Source: Macrostomum lignano (taxonomy: Eukaryota). From it: 56,353 nucleotides of DNA. The stretch is from the NCBI GenBank assembly GCA_002269645.1, contig NIVC01004182.1, positions 1-56,353 on the forward strand. Direction: 5' to 3'. The notes under the pieces are model-generated. The model was not told the DNA's origin. It saw only the letters and a list, made by a program, of their open reading frames with translations, and ran no database searches. Positions 51,481 to 56,353 of this stretch are shown one piece after another. Within the stretch, counting starts at the first letter, position 1; each line of letters opens with the position of its first letter. Made by a program: the position numbers and the translations under genes.

Positions 51481-54400
51481 TCATGCATGTCCCTCTCCCG
51501 GGCTTTTCTGCTCCTGCTTCTCGGCCTTTGGCTTTTGCCCATTCGGCTTCCCCAATTTGTTTCCTTTATTGTCTTTCGCGGCTGCCCGTTGTAGCCGCTT
51601 CTTGTTGGCCGACACCTTCACCAGCCGGGTCTCCATCTTCGCCAGCACCAGTCGCCTTTCCTGCTCCTCCTTCTCCCTGAGCTGCTCCCGCTGCTCCCTC
51701 ATTGTCGCCAGCTCCCAGCAGGCCTCTTCCAGCTGGCGCTGGCTCCACTGCTCCAGCGCCTCCGCGTCCTCCCGCTTCGCCGCCCGACGCCGCCTCGCCT
51801 TCTCCTGGGCGATCGCCGCCCGACGCAGCATCACCGCGGCCTCTTTCTCCGCCTCCTCCTTGGCCGCCTGTCGCTGCTTCTGCATCCCGGCTGCTATGCT
51901 GCTTCCGGCCAGCCGGCTGGCAATGATTTTGGAGCGAAGGATCCGCCACAGGCACCAGCCCACCAGCACAGGTGTGAGCAGGCAGTAGCCCATTGTGCAA
52001 CTCAGCAGGCCGAAATTTCGCATGTAGCTGCTCAGACTGTCGGCCAGCACCAGCTCCAATTCGTGGGCGGAGAATTTGCCGAATTCCTCGATTGCTAGGT
52101 AGTCCAGTCGGCTGTAGCCAGTGACCTCACGGTGCGTTACGTTGCCGCGGTACCGGCTGCAGGCTGCGGGCGGCACGTTCTCTTTCTTTCTTTCTTTCTC
52201 TCTCTTTCGTTCGAGTCCTTGGAGCCCACGCCCAAGCCTCGTCGGAGCCCCACTCCTGAAACTTGGGAGCCCCTCCCCCACTCCCGGCCAATAGAGCCCC
52301 TTCCCTACTCCCGGCCCTTGGAGCCCTCTCCCCACTCCCGGCCCTTGGAGCCCTCTCCCCACTCCCGGCCCTTGGAGCCCTCTCCCCACTCCCGGCCCTT
52401 GAAGCCCTCTCCCCACTCCCGGCCCTTGGAGCCCTCTCTCCACTCCGGCCCTTGAAGCCCTCTCCCCACTCCCGGCCCTTGAAGCCCTCTCCCACTCCCG
52501 GCCCTTGGAGCCCTCTCCCCACTCCCGGCCCTTGGAGCCCTCTCCCCACTCCCGGCCCTTGGAGCCCTCTCCCCACTCCCGGCCCTTGAAGCCCTCTCCC
52601 CACTCCCGGCCCTTGGAGCCCTCTCCCCACTCCCGGCCCTTGGAGCCCTCTCCCCACTCCCGGCCCTTGGAGCCCTCTCCCCACTCCCGGCCCTTGGAGC
52701 ACCCTTCCCCACTCCCGGCCATAGAGCCCTCTCCCCACTCCCGGCCCTTGGAGCACCCTCCCCCACTCCCGGCCCATAGAGCCCCTTCCCCACTCCCGGC
52801 CCTTGAAGCCCTCTCCCCACTCCCGGCCCTTGAAGCACCCTGTCCTACCCCCGGGCCATAAGGCCCCCTCCCCCTCCTGACCTTGGAGCCCCTCCCCTCC
52901 TGACACTTGGAGCCCCCTCCCCCTCCTGACCCTTGGAGCCCCTTCCCACTTCCGACTCGTGGAGCCCCCACTCCCGGCCCATAGAGCCCCTTCCCTACTC
53001 CCGGCCCTTGGAGCCCTCTCCCCACTCCCGGCCCTTGGAGCCCTCTCCCCACTCCCGGCCCTTGAAGCCCTCTCCCCACTCCCGGCCCTTGGAGCCCTCT
53101 CTCCACTCCCGGCCCTTGAAGCCCTCTCCCCACTCCCGGCCCTTGAAGCCCTCTCCCCACTCCCGGCCCTTGGAGCCCTCTCTCCACTCCCGGCCCTTGA
53201 AGCCCTCTCCCACTCCCGGCCCTTGAAGCCCTCTCCCCACTCCCGGCCCTTGGAGCCCTCTCCCCACTCCCGGCCCTTGAAGCACCCTGTCCTACCCCCG
53301 GGCCATAAGGCCCCTCCCCTCCTGACCCTTGGAGCCCCCTCCCCTCCTGACACTTGGAGCCCCCTCCCCCTCCTGACACTTGGAGCCCCCTCCCCCTGAC
53401 ACTTGGAGCCCCCTCCACCTCCTGACACTTGGAGCCCCCTCCCCTCCTGACACTTGGAGCCCCCTCCCCCTCCTGACACTTGGAGCCCCCTCCCCCTCCT
53501 GACCCTTGGAGCCCCCTCCCCCTCCTGACACTTGGAGCCCCCTCCCCCTCCTGACCCTTGGAGCCCCCTCCCCCTCCTGACACTTGGAGCCCCTCCCCCT
53601 CCTGACACTTGGAGCCCCCTCCACCTCCTGACCCTTGGAGCCCCCTTCCACTTCCGGCTCGTGGAGCCCCACTCCCGGCCCTTGGAGCCCGCTTCCGACC
53701 CTTGGGGTTTGAAGTTCCCCTTTTGCAGAATCTCTAGAAAAAAACTACAGACTCATCTATAGACCAGATCTCATAGACCTAGCTCATCCAGTCTCACCCA
53801 TTGTGTCCCAGTTGTTCATCTGTCCTGGCAGAGAAATCGAATCTCCCTCTTCGGGCCCTCGCAGTGCTGCGCAAATCCTTTGGATTCGCATCGTCTAATT
53901 CGAACTTGCATTGGCGATTCCATGCAGGCGAGCGCTTTGTCTGGCAGGATGCACTTGCTCCAGTCTTCCCAGCTGCTCCAGCTGGGCGGGTCGGGAGGGT
54001 ATTCACATCTGGGACCGGAGTAGCCGTGCCGGCATTTGCCTTGAGTGAGTGTTGAGTTCTTACTGTCAATTTTGGGCGCTTGGTACATCCGTATATTTTT
54101 CTACGGCATTTGGATTTCTAACCCAATCTCTTCACCTTCTCTGAATCTCTCCATCTCTCTGAATCTCACCCCCTCTCTAAATCTCCCCTCTCTGAATCTC
54201 TCTCCCACTCTCTGAATCTCTCTCCCACTCTCTGAATCTCTCTCCCACTCTCTGAATCTCTCTCCCACTCTCTGAATCTCTCTCCCACTCTCTGAATCTC
54301 TCCCCTCTCTGGATCTCTCCCCGCTCTGAATCTCTCCCTCTCTGGATCTCTCCCTCTCTGGATCTCTCCCCGCTCTGAATCTCTCCCCTCTCTGAATCTC

Positions 54401-56335
54401 TCCCCTCTCTGGATCTCTCCCCGCTCTGAATCTCTCCCCCTCTCCAAGTCTCAAAGCATTTCAACACAAGCCAGTGTGCTAAGAGAAAAATACACCGCAA
54501 ATGAATGAAAACGCAAAGCCGCTCACAGATGAAGCCGGGATTATGATTCTCGCATTCGCCGTCGTTTTTACACAACGGATTTAGTTCGGGATTTCGTTCG
54601 CTGCACTCGTTGATGTCGCGGCAGCGCGGATCCTTCTCGGAGATGCGGACGTGCGTCTCCGGCGGGCAGATGCAGGTGAAGCCGTGCTCAACGTCAGGAT
54701 CGCGCTGGCAGATGTGATCGCCGCATGTGCTGGTGGATGCCTGGTTCTGGCAGACGTCATTCTCCTGTACGGAAGAAGTCGGCTAATTGCAAGTCATAGT
54801 TCTCGCATCCTGACAGCAAACCATAGACTTGCTAGACCAGTCGATGGTTCCAAGAGCCCAAGGCTTAGAAGAAGTCATTTTCTCCTCTCTGAACCTCACC
54901 CCTTCTCTCCCCCTCTCTGAACATCACCCCTTCTCTCCCTCTCTCTGAACATCACCCCTTCTCTCTCCCCCTCTCTGAACCTCACCCTTCTCTCTCCTCC
55001 TCTCTGAACCTCACCCCTTCTCTCTCCCCTCTCTGAACCTCACCCCTTCTCTCCCCTCCTCTCTGAACCTCACCCCTTCTCTCTCCCCTCTCTGAACCTC
55101 ACCCCTCTCTCCCCTCTCTGAACCTCACCCCTTCTCTCCCTCTCTGAACATCACCCTTCTCTCTCCCCCTCTCTGAACCTCTCCCTTTCTCTCTCCCCCT
55201 CTCTGAACCTCACCCCTTCTCTCCCCTTCTCTCCCCTCTCTGAACCTCCCCTTCTCTCCCCTTCTCTCTCCCTCTCTGAACCTCACCCCTTCTCTCTCCC
55301 CTCTCTGAACCTCACCCCTTCTCTCTGAACTGCTAACTCTCTCTCTCCCTCTCTGAATCTCACCCCTTCTCTCTCCTCTCCATCTCTGAACCTCACCCCT
55401 TCTCTCTCTCTCCCTCTCTGAATCTCACCCCTTCTCTCTCTCTCCATCTCTGAATCTCACCCCTTCTCTCTCTCTCCCTCTCTGAATCTCACCCCTTCTC
55501 TCTCTCTCCATCTCTGAACCTCACCCCTCTGTCTCCACCTCTCTGAACTGCTAACTCTCTCTCCCCTCTGTCTCTACCTCTCTGAACTGCTAACTCTCTC
55601 TCCCCTCTGTCTCTACCTCTCTGAACCTCACCCCTTTCTCTCCCTCACTTTGAACTCTCTCTCTCTTTCCCCTCTCTCTACCCCTCTCCGAAGAATGAAC
55701 CTCACCCTCTGTGATATTCTCTCCCTCACTTTGAACTTTTCTCCTTCTCTTTCCCTCTCTCTGAATCTCTACCCCTCTCCGAAGAATGGAAAGTTAACAA
55801 CTGTCAACAATTAATGCCTTCTGACTCTCTAACGCTCTAGCTGTCAATCAGTGAGTCTCTGTGATATGGTTGCGAGTTGTTTACTTCTAGAATTGAATTT
55901 CATCACGGATATATCAATGGCATTCAAATAATGGCAATGGCTGGCGTTGCATCCAACTCGCATCGTATTAGATGTCGGATGCCATTTCGGGCACCGCTGT
56001 TCCAACGCTAAATGCCAGAGGTGATACTCAAAAAGCCGTACAAAAAGACAAGCCTTCGCATTGCCTCTCACCAGTTCGCACGTTCGCCCCTCCACGCGGC
56101 CGAGCAGGTGCATAAAATCACGATCTCTTCGCTCGCCACTCCCAGCGCGTTTCGATTGGTCGATTTGCGCACGCTAGCCTGGCAGATGCCGCCGTTCAGG
56201 CAGACCATTTTGTTCGTGACAGTAGCCCAGCAGCCGCTTCTGGCACGACTCCCGCTCGGGGTCCGCAATGAAAGCCCAGTGCGCAGATGCAGTTGCGCTT
56301 TGCCACCAGCTGCTTTTGCAGGCTCCACAAGGCGT
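51481..56335 (-). CDS. EGF-EGF-cbEGF-TSP1 single-pass membrane protein, 5' part beyond the window; exons 56335-56072, 54764-54527, 54039-53798, 52163 (or 52156)-51481
   Basis: VCLNGGIC...CTCSAAWRGERCEL | ENDVC...CICP...C-RDINECS...CKNDGECENHNPGFI|CKCRHGYSGPRCE, then TSP1 WSSWEDWSKC...RIRRC...CEGP, TM MGYCLLTPVLVGWCLW and a basic/coiled-coil tail. Needs about four single-base indel corrections. Confidence 0.78.
52270..53690. repeat. 27-bp and ~26-bp C-rich minisatellites (ggagccctctccccactcccggccctt; cttggagccccctccccctcctgaca)
   Basis: Tandem units, G-rich on the sense (minus) strand of the EGF gene intron. Confidence 0.93.
54125..54445. repeat. CT-rich minisatellite (ctctgaatctctctccca)
   Basis: Tandem units. 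Confidence 0.9.
54885..55790. repeat. CT-rich minisatellite (ctctgaacctcaccccttctctcc)
   Basis: Tandem units related to the 54125 array, same orientation. Confidence 0.9.
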
Positions 56336-56353
56336 CTGGAAGAGAGTCATTGG

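Overview
This is eukaryotic (metazoan) genomic DNA, not prokaryotic. GC-rich exons, GT-AG introns packed with minisatellites, (GACA)n tracts and tRNA-derived SINEs suggest a free-living flatworm such as Macrostomum (inference, not verified). Nine protein-coding genes can be reconstructed by hand with phase-consistent splice sites. On the minus strand: a Na+/Ca2+ exchanger (NCX/SLC8, 3' truncated by the window) and an EGF/cbEGF/TSP1 single-pass membrane protein (5' truncated). Between them is a run of seven plus-strand genes: a ~1,930-aa protein with ~27 C2H2 zinc fingers, COPS6, BLZF1/golgin-45, AIMP1, an LRMDA-like LRR protein, an intronless LRR type-I membrane protein and an ADIPOR/PAQR receptor. 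Most long ORFs in the supplied track are artefacts of tandem repeats. The best unannotated signal is a cluster of four box H/ACA snoRNA-like units in intron 4 of the zinc-finger gene (17169-18100). They show covarying stems, H boxes and an ACA box exactly 14 nt from a conserved pocket. Other notable signals are two ATG-less first exons in frame with a possible spliced-leader AUG, inverted minisatellite arrays bracketing one AIMP1 exon, and two Merlin-family DNA transposon derivatives with 8-bp TSDs. Frameshifts cluster in coding exons near both window ends and are probably consensus errors.
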